Sequence record: SRR20825006_1228
Strand: one strand, 5' to 3'
DNA: 51,662 bases
The number at the start of each line of letters is the position of its first letter. Position 1 is the first letter of the stretch. The notes below the pieces were generated by a model, which made no database searches, was not told the DNA's origin, and worked only from the letters and a program-made list of their open reading frames with translations. The translations under genes were made by a program, and so were the position numbers. Shown piece by piece: positions 36,517 through 45,476 of this stretch.

Positions 36517-38013
36517 ATGCGCGAAGTGCACCACTTCATTGGCGGAAAGTCTGTCACCGGTACGTCCGGCCGGTTCGGCGACATCTACAATCCCAACACT
36601 GGTGAGGTTCAGGCCCGCGTCGCGCTGGCGACCAGTAATGAAGTTTCACAGGCCATCATGAATGCGTCAGAGGCGTTCCCGGCCTGGTCCATGATGAACC
36701 CCCAGCGCCGCGCGCGAGTGATGTTCGAATTCAAGCGCCTGCTGGAAGCCAATATTGATGAGCTGGCTGAGCTGTTGTCGGCCGAGCATGGCAAAGTGGT
36801 CGCGGATTCGCGCGGTGATATTCAGCGCGGCATCGACGTGGTCGAGTTCGCTTGCGGTATCCCTCATTTGCAGAAGGGCGAGTACACTGAAGGCGCAGGC
36901 CCCGGCATTGATGTCTATTCCATGCGTCAGCCTCTGGGCGTCGTGGCCGGTATCACGCCGTTCAATTTTCCCGCCATGATCCCGTGCTGGATGGCGGCTG
37001 TGGCCATTGCCTGCGGTAACACTTTCATCCTCAAGCCGTCGGAGAAAGACCCGTCGGTGCCGATGCGCCTGGGCGAATTGCTGCTCGAGGCCGGCGCACC
37101 GGAAGGCGTGCTGAACGTGGTCAATGGCGACAAGGTGGCTGTTGATGCCATCCTGACGCATCCGGAAGTCAAGGCCGTCAGCTTCGTCGGGTCCTCCGAC
37201 ATCGCACAATATGTCTATTCCACTGGCACAGCACACGGCAAACGCGTGCAGGCCATGGGCGGGGCAAAGAACCACGGCATCATCATGCCCGACTGCAACA
37301 TGGAGCAGGCGGTAAAGGACATCGTCGGCGCGGCCTATGGCTCGGCGGGCGAACGCTGCATGGCGCTGCCGGTGGCCGTCACCGTCGGCAAGAAGACCGG
37401 CGACGAGTTCGTGGAGCGCATGGTGGACGCCGCGCGCAACCTGAAAGTCGGCATCTCGACCGATGCGGATGCGCATTATGGCCCGGTGGTCTCGGCCGCT
37501 CACAAGGCCAAGGTCGAAAGCTACATTCAGATGGGTGTCGATGAGGGCGCAGACCTTGTGCTCGACGGTCGCGGTCTGAAGTTGCAGGGCAATGAGAACG
37601 GATATTTTATTGGCCCGAACCTGTTCGACAATGTGAAGCCTACGATGCAATCCTACAAGGAAGAGATCTTTGGTCCGGTCCTACAGGTCGTGCGCGCCGA
37701 GACGCTGGAAGAGGCCGCCGCGCTGCCGAGCAATCACCAATACGGAAACGGTGTCGCGATCTTTACCTCGAATGGCCGCGCCGCGCGCGAGTTTGCCGCG
37801 CAGGTCAATGTCGGCATGGTAGGTGTGAACGTGCCGATCCCGGTGCCGGTGAGCTATCACACTTTCGGGGGCTGGAAGCGGTCGGCCTTTGGCGATACCA
37901 ATCAGCATGGCCCGGAGGGCGTGCGCTTCTGGACAAAGATCAAGACGGTCACCCAGCGCTGGCCCGAAGGCGACATTGGCGATCAGGCCTTTATCATCCC
38001 GACGATGGGGTAG
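36517..38013 (+). CDS. mmsA: CoA-acylating methylmalonate-semialdehyde dehydrogenase
   Basis: ITPFNFPAMIP, KPSEKDP, SFVGS, GGAKNH, GSAGERCMA, EEIFGPV; GGGAG RBS. Confidence 0.95.
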   Translation: MREVHHFIGGKSVTGTSGRFGDIYNPNTGEVQARVALATSNEVSQAIMNASEAFPAWSMMNPQRRARVMFEFKRLLEANIDELAELLSAEHGKVVADSRGDIQRGIDVVEFACGIPHLQKGEYTEGAGPGIDVYSMRQPLGVVAGITPFNFPAMIPCWMAAVAIACGNTFILKPSEKDPSVPMRLGELLLEAGAPEGVLNVVNGDKVAVDAILTHPEVKAVSFVGSSDIAQYVYSTGTAHGKRVQAMGGAKNHGIIMPDCNMEQAVKDIVGAAYGSAGERCMALPVAVTVGKKTGDEFVERMVDAARNLKVGISTDADAHYGPVVSAAHKAKVESYIQMGVDEGADLVLDGRGLKLQGNENGYFIGPNLFDNVKPTMQSYKEEIFGPVLQVVRAETLEEAAALPSNHQYGNGVAIFTSNGRAAREFAAQVNVGMVGVNVPIPVPVSYHTFGGWKRSAFGDTNQHGPEGVRFWTKIKTVTQRWPEGDIGDQAFIIPTMG

Positions 38014-38017
38014 AAAC

Positions 38018-38362
38018 TTGGCTGTCAGGACCGCCGCAAGATCTATCGCCTTGTTGCTGGTAGCGTTGCTCGCTTCTTGTGGTGAGCCAAGTACGTCTGC
38101 ACCGGCTGAAACGAAGCCGACGTTGGCGTGGCAGGCTCAGTGTCTTAAAGACATGGCAACAAACATCGATAGTGAAATCACGTCGCTGGAGGCCGGGCTT
38201 CCGGTTGAGGATGTTGAATGGGAAGTCTCTGCGGAATTGGGCGACGGTGCGGCGATCGTGAAGATCATACCCAGGCGGATACCCTCTATCCGCGGAGGCG
38301 GAGGGGAATACCGCTTTTCTTGCCAGGACAAGACCTTCGAACTTGTGCAGAGCTACAGGTAA
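38018..38362 (+). CDS. Hypothetical lipoprotein
   Basis: TTG start, lipobox LLASC, ends RGGGGEYRFSC...FELVQSYR. Confidence 0.6.
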   Translation: MAVRTAARSIALLLVALLASCGEPSTSAPAETKPTLAWQAQCLKDMATNIDSEITSLEAGLPVEDVEWEVSAELGDGAAIVKIIPRRIPSIRGGGGEYRFSCQDKTFELVQSYR

Positions 38363-38410
38363 GCCGTATTCCGTAGAACGCTAAATCAACAATACGAGCT
38401 GTGAGGACCA

Positions 38411-38468
38411 ATGACCTTCTTACCGATCACCCCGAACACTCCGATCGCGCCGCCTGTGTGAACCGACC
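38411..38468 (+). pseudogene. Decayed duplicate of the 5' end of the downstream enoyl-CoA hydratase
   Basis: GAGGA RBS + ATG followed by collinear blocks CTTAC, CGATCAC, GAACACTC, ATCGCGC, AACCG shared with 38802-38870. Confidence 0.55.
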
Positions 38469-38487
38469 AAGATAAGGATCAAGTCTC

Positions 38488-38802
38488 GTGAACGAAGAAA
38501 GCAACGATTTGGCAAACAAGGATGTCTCATCCCCCTGGTGGGACGAGCCGTTGAAGAAGGCGGCATCGGTCGCCATCCGCTTCGGACTCATTGCCGCCAT
38601 TGCTGCTTTCGCCATTTGGGTCTTGGGGTGGATGGAACGCGATACCTGCAGGAAGGCTGACGGTATCTGGCTAAAGGCCGCAAAAAATTGTGTCTGCACC
38701 AAATCCCAGCGTGGCGTTTATGCCGATAACCCGACTGAGGAGCAGATAGCTTACCGAACCGAATGCGAACTCAAACCTACGGAATCTGATTGGATTGAAT
38801 GA
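38488..38802 (+). CDS. Hypothetical single-TM protein with Cys motif
   Basis: AAGGA RBS, GTG start, one TM, C-x4-GIW-x6-CVC...C; ATGA overlap with next gene. Confidence 0.6.
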   Translation: MNEESNDLANKDVSSPWWDEPLKKAASVAIRFGLIAAIAAFAIWVLGWMERDTCRKADGIWLKAAKNCVCTKSQRGVYADNPTEEQIAYRTECELKPTESDWIE

Positions 38803-39578
38803 TGAGCACTTACGACACGATCACTTTTGAACACTCGAACCGCATCGCGCTGGTCACGATCAACCGGCCGGACAGCCTGAATGCGCTGAACCAACAGGTC
38901 ATGGCAGAAGTTGCCGACGTCTTTGCGCGCATTGACCGCGACAAGGACATTGCCGTCAGCGTGCTGACCGGCGAGGGCCGCGCCTTTGCTGCCGGTGCCG
39001 ACATCAAGGAAATGCTGCCGCAAAGTTTTTCCGAAATGTATGTCGAGGACTTCTTCGGCCTCTGGGATCGTTTCGCAGCATGCCGCAAGCCGGTGATTGC
39101 GGCGGTGAATGGTTTCGCGCTCGGCGGCGGCTGTGAGCTGGCCATGATGTGCGACATGATCATCGCCTCGGACAAGGCGAAGTTCGGCCAGCCGGAAATT
39201 AAGCTGGGCGTGACGCCGGGCATGGGCGGCTCCATCCGCCTGACCAAGGCGGTCGGTAAGGCGAAGGCGATGGACATGGTGCTCACCGGCCGCATGATCG
39301 ACGCCGCTGAGGCTGACCGGATCGGCCTCGTCTCTCGCGTAGTCGAGCATGACGCGTTGATGGATACGGCCATGGGCGCGGCGAAGGAAATCGCCGGCTA
39401 TTCCATCCCGTCCATCATGGCGGCCAAGGAAATGGTTGGCCGCGCGCTGGAAGTCTCCACCGCTGAAGGCGTGAAGTTCGAGCGCCGCCTGTTCCAGGGC
39501 CTGTTTGGAACCGCAGACCAGAAGGAAGGCATGGCCGCCTTCACAGAGAAGCGCGCGCCGGACTTCAAGGACAAATAA
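38802..39578 (+). CDS. Enoyl-CoA hydratase
   Basis: INRPDSLNAL, FAAGADIKEM, GFALGGGCELAM, FGQPEIKLG, DQKEGMAAF; start 38799 or 38802. Confidence 0.95.
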   Translation: MSTYDTITFEHSNRIALVTINRPDSLNALNQQVMAEVADVFARIDRDKDIAVSVLTGEGRAFAAGADIKEMLPQSFSEMYVEDFFGLWDRFAACRKPVIAAVNGFALGGGCELAMMCDMIIASDKAKFGQPEIKLGVTPGMGGSIRLTKAVGKAKAMDMVLTGRMIDAAEADRIGLVSRVVEHDALMDTAMGAAKEIAGYSIPSIMAAKEMVGRALEVSTAEGVKFERRLFQGLFGTADQKEGMAAFTEKRAPDFKDK

Positions 39579-39637
39579 GCCTGCACCGGAGTGCATAAAC
39601 ATCGCGCCGCAAGAGCGCGGGGACAAGGGAGTATCGC

Positions 39638-40531
39638 ATGACAAAGATCGCATTTATCGGGCTCGGAAACATGGGCTCGGGCATGTGTGTCAATCTCTGC
39701 AAGGCGGGCCATGAGGTCCGTGCCTTCGACCTCAATGCCGAGGCGGTGAAGGCCGCTGAAGGCCATGGGGCAGTTGCTGCGGCCACAATTGCGGATGGGG
39801 TGAAGGACTCCGAAATCGTGGTCACCATGCTGCCAGCCGGCAAGCATGTCCTGTCGGTCTATTTCGGCGATGACGGCGTGGCGGCCCATGCAGCCAAGGG
39901 CGCGCTCTTTCTTGATTGCTCGACCATTGCGGTGGAGGATGCCCGCGAAGCGGCGTCCAAGGCCGACGCGGCAGGCTTCCTGATGGCGGATGCGCCTGTC
40001 TCCGGCGGGACGGCTGCGGCAGATGCCGGTACGCTGACTTTCATGGTGGGCGGCCCCGATGAAGCCTATGCCAAGGCCAAGCCGATCCTCGACGTAATGG
40101 GCAAGAATATCTTCCATGCCGGCGGCAGCGGGAACGGCCAGGCGGCCAAGATCGCCAACAATATGCTGCTCGGCATCTCAATGATAGGCACATGTGAAGC
40201 GTTCAATCTCGCGGAAAAGCTGGGTCTCGACGCGCAGACCTTCTTTGATATCTCCTCCACAGCCTCCGGCCAGTGCTGGAGCATGACGAGCTATTGCCCG
40301 GCGCCGGGGCCGGTGCCCACCGCGCCATCAAACCGGGACTATCAGCCCGGTTTTGCGGTCGCGATGATGTTAAAAGATCTTCATCTGGCGGCGTCTGCAG
40401 CAAGGGCCGCCGGGGCAGAGGTGACGCTGGGTGAAATGGCGGAAAAAATCTATCAGGATCTGGACACTAGAGGGCATGGCGGGCTCGATTTTTCAGGTGT
40501 CATGAAGGATCTCCAGCAACGACTAGACTAG
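39638..40531 (+). CDS. mmsB: 3-hydroxyisobutyrate dehydrogenase
   Basis: FIGLGNMG, DAPVSGG, KIANNMLL, SYCPAPGPVP, MMLKDL. Confidence 0.95.
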   Translation: MTKIAFIGLGNMGSGMCVNLCKAGHEVRAFDLNAEAVKAAEGHGAVAAATIADGVKDSEIVVTMLPAGKHVLSVYFGDDGVAAHAAKGALFLDCSTIAVEDAREAASKADAAGFLMADAPVSGGTAAADAGTLTFMVGGPDEAYAKAKPILDVMGKNIFHAGGSGNGQAAKIANNMLLGISMIGTCEAFNLAEKLGLDAQTFFDISSTASGQCWSMTSYCPAPGPVPTAPSNRDYQPGFAVAMMLKDLHLAASAARAAGAEVTLGEMAEKIYQDLDTRGHGGLDFSGVMKDLQQRLD

Positions 40532-40547
40532 ACTCAATTGGCTAAGT

Positions 40548-40593
40548 TGGGCCGCCCATGATCCGACCAATCCCGGATCGGGCGGCCCATTTT
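40548..40593 (+). terminator. Intrinsic terminator of mms operon
   Basis: TGGGCCGCCC...GATCCG / CGGATC-GGGCGGCCCA stem followed by TTTT. Confidence 0.75.
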
Positions 40594-40695
40594 GCAACCA
40601 TTCGCAGGCTCGCTCATTCATTCGTCTCGGAATGTATTGCGCTGCAGCATTCATGATGGGGATCATGGGGGCGCGAGCTGGCGAATAGGTGAGAC

Positions 40696-42396
40696 TTGAG
40701 CAGGCAATTTTTGTTTCGGCCGAAATGTATTCGTGTGTTCACACTCGCGATGCTTCTCGTTGCGTGTTCTCCCGCCGATGATACATCAGCTCCGATGGCT
40801 ATAGATGAGGCGCCGATCCTCCCGTCAGAATCAGAGCCATCCGAGCAGGTGCCGCCAGCCAAGAGCCAGCCAGCACCTTCATCTATCTACAACTTGGAAC
40901 GTGTCCAGCCCGAGCCGGCATCCGTGCCGGTGCGGCCTCAGCCCGAAGATATGGCGGAAGCCAGTACCGTTGCTGCATTTGGCTTGCCTGAGATACGTCA
41001 GAAGGCCCGGCGGCTGGCCGCAGAGCCATATGAGCCATCTCGACCCCTTCCGGATGATGCGAAGCGTTTGAACTATGATCAGTACCGACGCATCCTTCCG
41101 GTTGCTGGCGACATGGGGTGGTCCGACCCTGCGACAGGATCGCGTGTCTTGTTCGATCCTCGTGGTTACCTGTTTGATCAAGAGGTCCGCATTAACATTA
41201 TCGACGGGGATACAGTCACGCCCCATAATTACTCTGCCGACGCATTTGATTTCAAGGATTTGCCCCTTTCCGAGGAGACGCGGGAAACACTCGGCTTTGC
41301 AGGTTTGCGATTGCTGGCGCCCATCAACAAGGCCGGGAAGTTCGATGAAGTGCTCAGCTTCAAGGGCGCTAGTTTCTTCCGGGCATTGGGAGCGGGCAGC
41401 GTGTACGGCGCATCGGCGCGGGGGCTGGGTATTGGAACCGCATCTGCGGATGGGGAGGAATTTCCTGCGTTTCGCGAGTTCTGGGTTGTCCGTCCAGACC
41501 CTGCGTCTCAGGGCGTCAGCATTTATGCGCTCATGGACAGCCCGAGCGCAACGGGCGCGTTTGCCTTTGAGGTTTCGGCGGGTCCGCGCACCCAAGTCGA
41601 AGTGGAGGCGACTTTTTTCCCCCGAAAGGAAATCGATGGTGTCGGCCTGTCACCACTGACCTCCATGTATTATTTTTCGCCACATGACGTGATCAAGCAG
41701 GGCGATGATTTTCGCCCAGCCGTGCACGACTCCGAGGGGTTGGCGATCCAGATGTCGAACGGCGAATGGGTTTGGCGTCCTCTCCAGAACCCCGCCGATC
41801 TGGAAGTATCGGTGCTGGCAGGAACACAGCCGATGGGCTTTGGCCTGCTGCAGCGGCATCGGAAATTTGATGACTATTCGGATGTTGAGGCCGCATATCA
41901 TCAGCGTCCGGACGTCTGGGTGGAGCCACATGGAGACTGGGGCGAAGGTCAGTTGATGCTCGTCGAGATTCCTACGGTGAACGAGTACAATGACAATATC
42001 GCCGTATTCTGGCGCCCGGCATCCGGTTGGCGACCCGGTGGCACACATACGATTTCCTATACGATGAACTGGGGACACAGGCCGGGTGCCCTGGCCGAAG
42101 TCATGTCCGTGTCGGACACGCGTGCTGGCCGTAAGCCAGGCGGCAAGGCGCGCATGTTCGTGCTCGACTACGAGGATGTCCCGGAAGGGTTCTTCGAGAA
42201 TGCCGAACTGGAGATCAGCACATCAGCAGGAAAGATCCTCAATCCGGTGATGCGGCGCCACCCTTCCAGTGACAATTACCGGATGAGTTTCGAGCTCGAT
42301 CCCGAAGGCGCGGACATGGCGGAACTGCGTGCGGTTGTGATGCGGGGCAGTCGCCCGCTGACGGAGACGTGGCTTTATCGGTGGAGCACAAAATGA
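40696..42396 (+). CDS. opgG: Periplasmic glucan biosynthesis protein OpgG/OpgD family
   Basis: LNYDQYRRI, FKGASFFRA, YGASARGL, EEFPAFREFW, RPAVHDSEGL, EYNDNI, ETWLYRW; lipobox-like LVAC. Confidence 0.9.
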   Translation: MSRQFLFRPKCIRVFTLAMLLVACSPADDTSAPMAIDEAPILPSESEPSEQVPPAKSQPAPSSIYNLERVQPEPASVPVRPQPEDMAEASTVAAFGLPEIRQKARRLAAEPYEPSRPLPDDAKRLNYDQYRRILPVAGDMGWSDPATGSRVLFDPRGYLFDQEVRINIIDGDTVTPHNYSADAFDFKDLPLSEETRETLGFAGLRLLAPINKAGKFDEVLSFKGASFFRALGAGSVYGASARGLGIGTASADGEEFPAFREFWVVRPDPASQGVSIYALMDSPSATGAFAFEVSAGPRTQVEVEATFFPRKEIDGVGLSPLTSMYYFSPHDVIKQGDDFRPAVHDSEGLAIQMSNGEWVWRPLQNPADLEVSVLAGTQPMGFGLLQRHRKFDDYSDVEAAYHQRPDVWVEPHGDWGEGQLMLVEIPTVNEYNDNIAVFWRPASGWRPGGTHTISYTMNWGHRPGALAEVMSVSDTRAGRKPGGKARMFVLDYEDVPEGFFENAELEISTSAGKILNPVMRRHPSSDNYRMSFELDPEGADMAELRAVVMRGSRPLTETWLYRWSTK

Positions 42397-44585
42397 CGGA
42401 CCTTCGCCCGCGCCCGACGGAATTTCCGCTTACCATGCCCAACCAGCCCTTGCAGTCCCGGATTGCCAGGGTGCGGGCTGGCACCACGTCTCATGTCTGG
42501 CGGAAGCTGTTCGTGCTGGGGGCTTCAGTTCTTCTGGCCCTTTGGACCACGCGGGAGATGTACGAGGTTCTGGCAGTGTCGGGAATGACATTGCTGGAAT
42601 GGGTTCTGCTGTTTGTGTTCGCAATCAATATCAGCTGGATTTGCTTTGCCTTCGTGAACGCAACCATTGGCTTTGCCTGTGCCGTGACGCCGAGGCATGC
42701 GGCGCGCTCGGCTGACCCCGTCTGTATCCGAAACGTGCGCACCGTCCTTACGTTCCCAATCTACAATGAGGCGGTTGAAGATGTCTTCGCAACTGTGTCC
42801 GCTACGGCGCGGATGCTCGAAGATGCGCCGGGTATCTATGAGTGTTTCATCCTGAGCGACACGACTGATCCCGAAATAGCGCTTGCGGAAGAGGTGGCGT
42901 ATACAGAATTGTTAAAAACGGTCAGGGGCAATGTTCCTGTTCGCTATCGTCGGCGCACCATCAATCACCATCGCAAATCCGGTAACATTCGCGATTTCGT
43001 TATGCGGTGGGGTGGGCGCTACGACCATATGATCGTTTTCGACGCTGACAGCTATATGGAGCGTGACACGATTGTGCATCTTGTGGAGGAGATGGAGCGG
43101 GCGCCTCATACTGCGCTGATCCAGACCATCCCTCAGCTTGTCGGTGGGCGCACCCTGCTGTCACGTTGTCAGCAATTTGCATCTGCGCTCTACGGTCCGA
43201 TCCTTGGGGGTGGGATGGCCTGGTGGGCGCAGAATGAAGGCAATTTCTGGGGGCACAACGCCATCATCAGAATCTCAGCTCTAGCCGAGGCTGCTGGACT
43301 GCCGGAGATGCCCGGCAAAGCGCCGTTTGGCGGCTCGATCCTGAGCCATGACTTCGTCGAGGCCGCCTTCTTGCGCCGCGCTGGTTGGAATGTGGAAATT
43401 CGCCCCGAAATCGGCGGATCCTATGAGCAGGGGCCGCCCACTATTATTGAACTGGTCAAGCGCGACCGACGTTGGTGCCAAGGCAATATGCAGCACATGG
43501 CAGTTCTCTTGAAAACAGGCGGGCTCAGCTGGACCAATCGCTTCCACCTCATCACAGGCATCTTTTCCTACCTTGCCTCACCGCTCTGGCTGGTCTTCAT
43601 CACACTTGGTATGCTGTTGTCGCTCCAGAACAGCTTCATGCAACCCGCGTATTTTGGGGATGAGGCATCGCTCTTCCCAACCTGGCCAGTGATCGACTCT
43701 GAGCGTGCCCTGACCCTCTTCTTCGTCACAATGGGACTGTTGTTTGCTCCCAAGATGTATGGGCTGGTCTACGGACTGGTGTCGCGCGAGTGGCGTCAGT
43801 CCGTGGGTGTCGGCAAGACGATTCTCGGCGCTCTGACGGAGACAGCATTGTCGGTCCTGATCGCCCCGATCCTCATGGCGACGCAAACGGGCGCAGTTAT
43901 CAATGTCTTCCGGGGCAAGGATAGCGGATGGTCGCCGCAGGAACGCGCGCAGGGCGGGTACAGCTTCCTTGCGACGCTGCGCCATAATATTCCAGCCACG
44001 CTGCTGGGTGCGGCGCTGATGATGGCGGCTACCGCAATCTCACCCGTCTACGCGGCTTGGCTGGCTCCGGCAACGGTCGGCATGGTCCTTGCGGCTCCAT
44101 TATCTTATTGGACCGCGAAAGAGTCGGCAGGGCAGCGGGCACGTCAGGCAGGTCTGCTGGTCAGTCCTGTCGAGGTCCGTTTACCGGATAGCGTCGGCCA
44201 GTCCTGGGCGGAAGTGCAGGCTTTTTCAACGCTACCAAAGACCGATATGATTTCCCTGTTGCGTGATCGCGTAAGCCAGCGGAAGCGGCGAACGCTGATT
44301 GATCCATATTGGCCCCTGCAGCGACATGAGGTTCACGAACCATTGGCGCTCGCTCGTGCGCGTGTAACGCGCGTGCTGACGCTTGAAGAATACATCAAGG
44401 CCATATCCAAAGCTGAATTGATGGCTATCCTGAATTCCTCACAAGATCTTGAAAGCATCAGTTTCAGGTTCGCCGTTGCCGGGCGGGTCGCAGGGGATGT
44501 CTCTGCTTATGAAAGACTGATGTCCAGCGAGCGAGCAGGCGGGCGTACGACAACCTCCAGCGGAGGACAGCGAAGTGGCACCTGA
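42393..44585 (+). CDS. opgH: Glucan biosynthesis glucosyltransferase H
   Basis: PIYNE, KSGNIRDF, FDADS, NFWGHNAIIR, SHDFVEA, RDRRWCQGN; ATGA overlap with opgG. Confidence 0.95.
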   Translation: MTDLRPRPTEFPLTMPNQPLQSRIARVRAGTTSHVWRKLFVLGASVLLALWTTREMYEVLAVSGMTLLEWVLLFVFAINISWICFAFVNATIGFACAVTPRHAARSADPVCIRNVRTVLTFPIYNEAVEDVFATVSATARMLEDAPGIYECFILSDTTDPEIALAEEVAYTELLKTVRGNVPVRYRRRTINHHRKSGNIRDFVMRWGGRYDHMIVFDADSYMERDTIVHLVEEMERAPHTALIQTIPQLVGGRTLLSRCQQFASALYGPILGGGMAWWAQNEGNFWGHNAIIRISALAEAAGLPEMPGKAPFGGSILSHDFVEAAFLRRAGWNVEIRPEIGGSYEQGPPTIIELVKRDRRWCQGNMQHMAVLLKTGGLSWTNRFHLITGIFSYLASPLWLVFITLGMLLSLQNSFMQPAYFGDEASLFPTWPVIDSERALTLFFVTMGLLFAPKMYGLVYGLVSREWRQSVGVGKTILGALTETALSVLIAPILMATQTGAVINVFRGKDSGWSPQERAQGGYSFLATLRHNIPATLLGAALMMAATAISPVYAAWLAPATVGMVLAAPLSYWTAKESAGQRARQAGLLVSPVEVRLPDSVGQSWAEVQAFSTLPKTDMISLLRDRVSQRKRRTLIDPYWPLQRHEVHEPLALARARVTRVLTLEEYIKAISKAELMAILNSSQDLESISFRFAVAGRVAGDVSAYERLMSSERAGGRTTTSSGGQRSGT

Positions 44586-44604
44586 CTTCTCTATTTTGGA
44601 AGTG

Positions 44605-45468
44605 TCATTTAAGCGCTGTTGAGATGAACTTCCTGATCGCATGTAGCGATTCCGGCTCATTGAGGAACGGCGTATGGCCGCGCCCCGGCACAGTCAGCAA
44701 TCGGCTGCCCTTATGCCGTTTCAGCATGCGGTTCGCGGTTTTTTCTGTGAGGATATCCGAGGTTTCACCGCGAACAATCAGTAGCGGGATGGCATTGAGC
44801 GCCGAGTAGATACGCCACATCGCGAAGTTGACGCGCCAGCTCGGCTTCGTACTGCCCATGCCCCGCACAATTACCGGATCATAGTCGAATATGATCTTTC
44901 CATCATCGCGTACCGTGCAAGTTCGCTTGGCAAATTCGAGCCAGTCGTCTGCGTTATAGTCCGGGTAGACGCTCGCCTGTGTTCGGCCGATTGCTGTAGC
45001 GGCATCGTCCAGACTGTCGAATGTTTCATTCCCGCCAGCATAGCCGGCGATGCGTTTGAGGCCCGCGGGATTTACTTCGGGCCCGACATCATTGATCACG
45101 ATGCTCTTGATTTTATCCGGGAAAGCCTTGGCCATCAGCATTGCCATCAGCCCTCCCATCGATGTGCCGACCAGGATCAGATTGTCCAGTTTCAGGTGGT
45201 CAATCAGTGTGGCCATGTCTTGCACATAAACGGGCGGCGCATAGGTCTCACCACTCGGATCGCGATCCGACCGGCCGCGGCCGCGCACATCGACCGAGAT
45301 GTACCGAGCGGGTAATTCTAAACCGCGTATCATTGGCTCGAAATCCTTATGGTTTCGGGTCAGGCCATGCATGCACAACACTGTGATGTCGCTGTCATGT
45401 GGGCCGTATTCGGCGGCGTAAAGTTTCAGTCCGTCATGCGCGGTGTAGAAGATATCCCGTTTTTCCAT
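44605..45468 (-). CDS. Alpha/beta fold hydrolase
   Basis: HGLTRN, DVRGRGRS, nucleophile GTSMGG, RGETSDIL, GHTP. Confidence 0.92.
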   Translation of the reverse strand: MEKRDIFYTAHDGLKLYAAEYGPHDSDITVLCMHGLTRNHKDFEPMIRGLELPARYISVDVRGRGRSDRDPSGETYAPPVYVQDMATLIDHLKLDNLILVGTSMGGLMAMLMAKAFPDKIKSIVINDVGPEVNPAGLKRIAGYAGGNETFDSLDDAATAIGRTQASVYPDYNADDWLEFAKRTCTVRDDGKIIFDYDPVIVRGMGSTKPSWRVNFAMWRIYSALNAIPLLIVRGETSDILTEKTANRMLKRHKGSRLLTVPGRGHTPFLNEPESLHAIRKFISTALK

Positions 45469-45476
45469 GGCGGGGC

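Noticed and set aside
36667-37650. 327-aa ORF antisense to mmsA
   Set aside because: Codon-bias shadow of mmsA
37889-38017. Upstream extension of the small lipoprotein ORF
   Set aside because: Lies inside mmsA in another frame; TTG at 38018 gives a proper signal peptide
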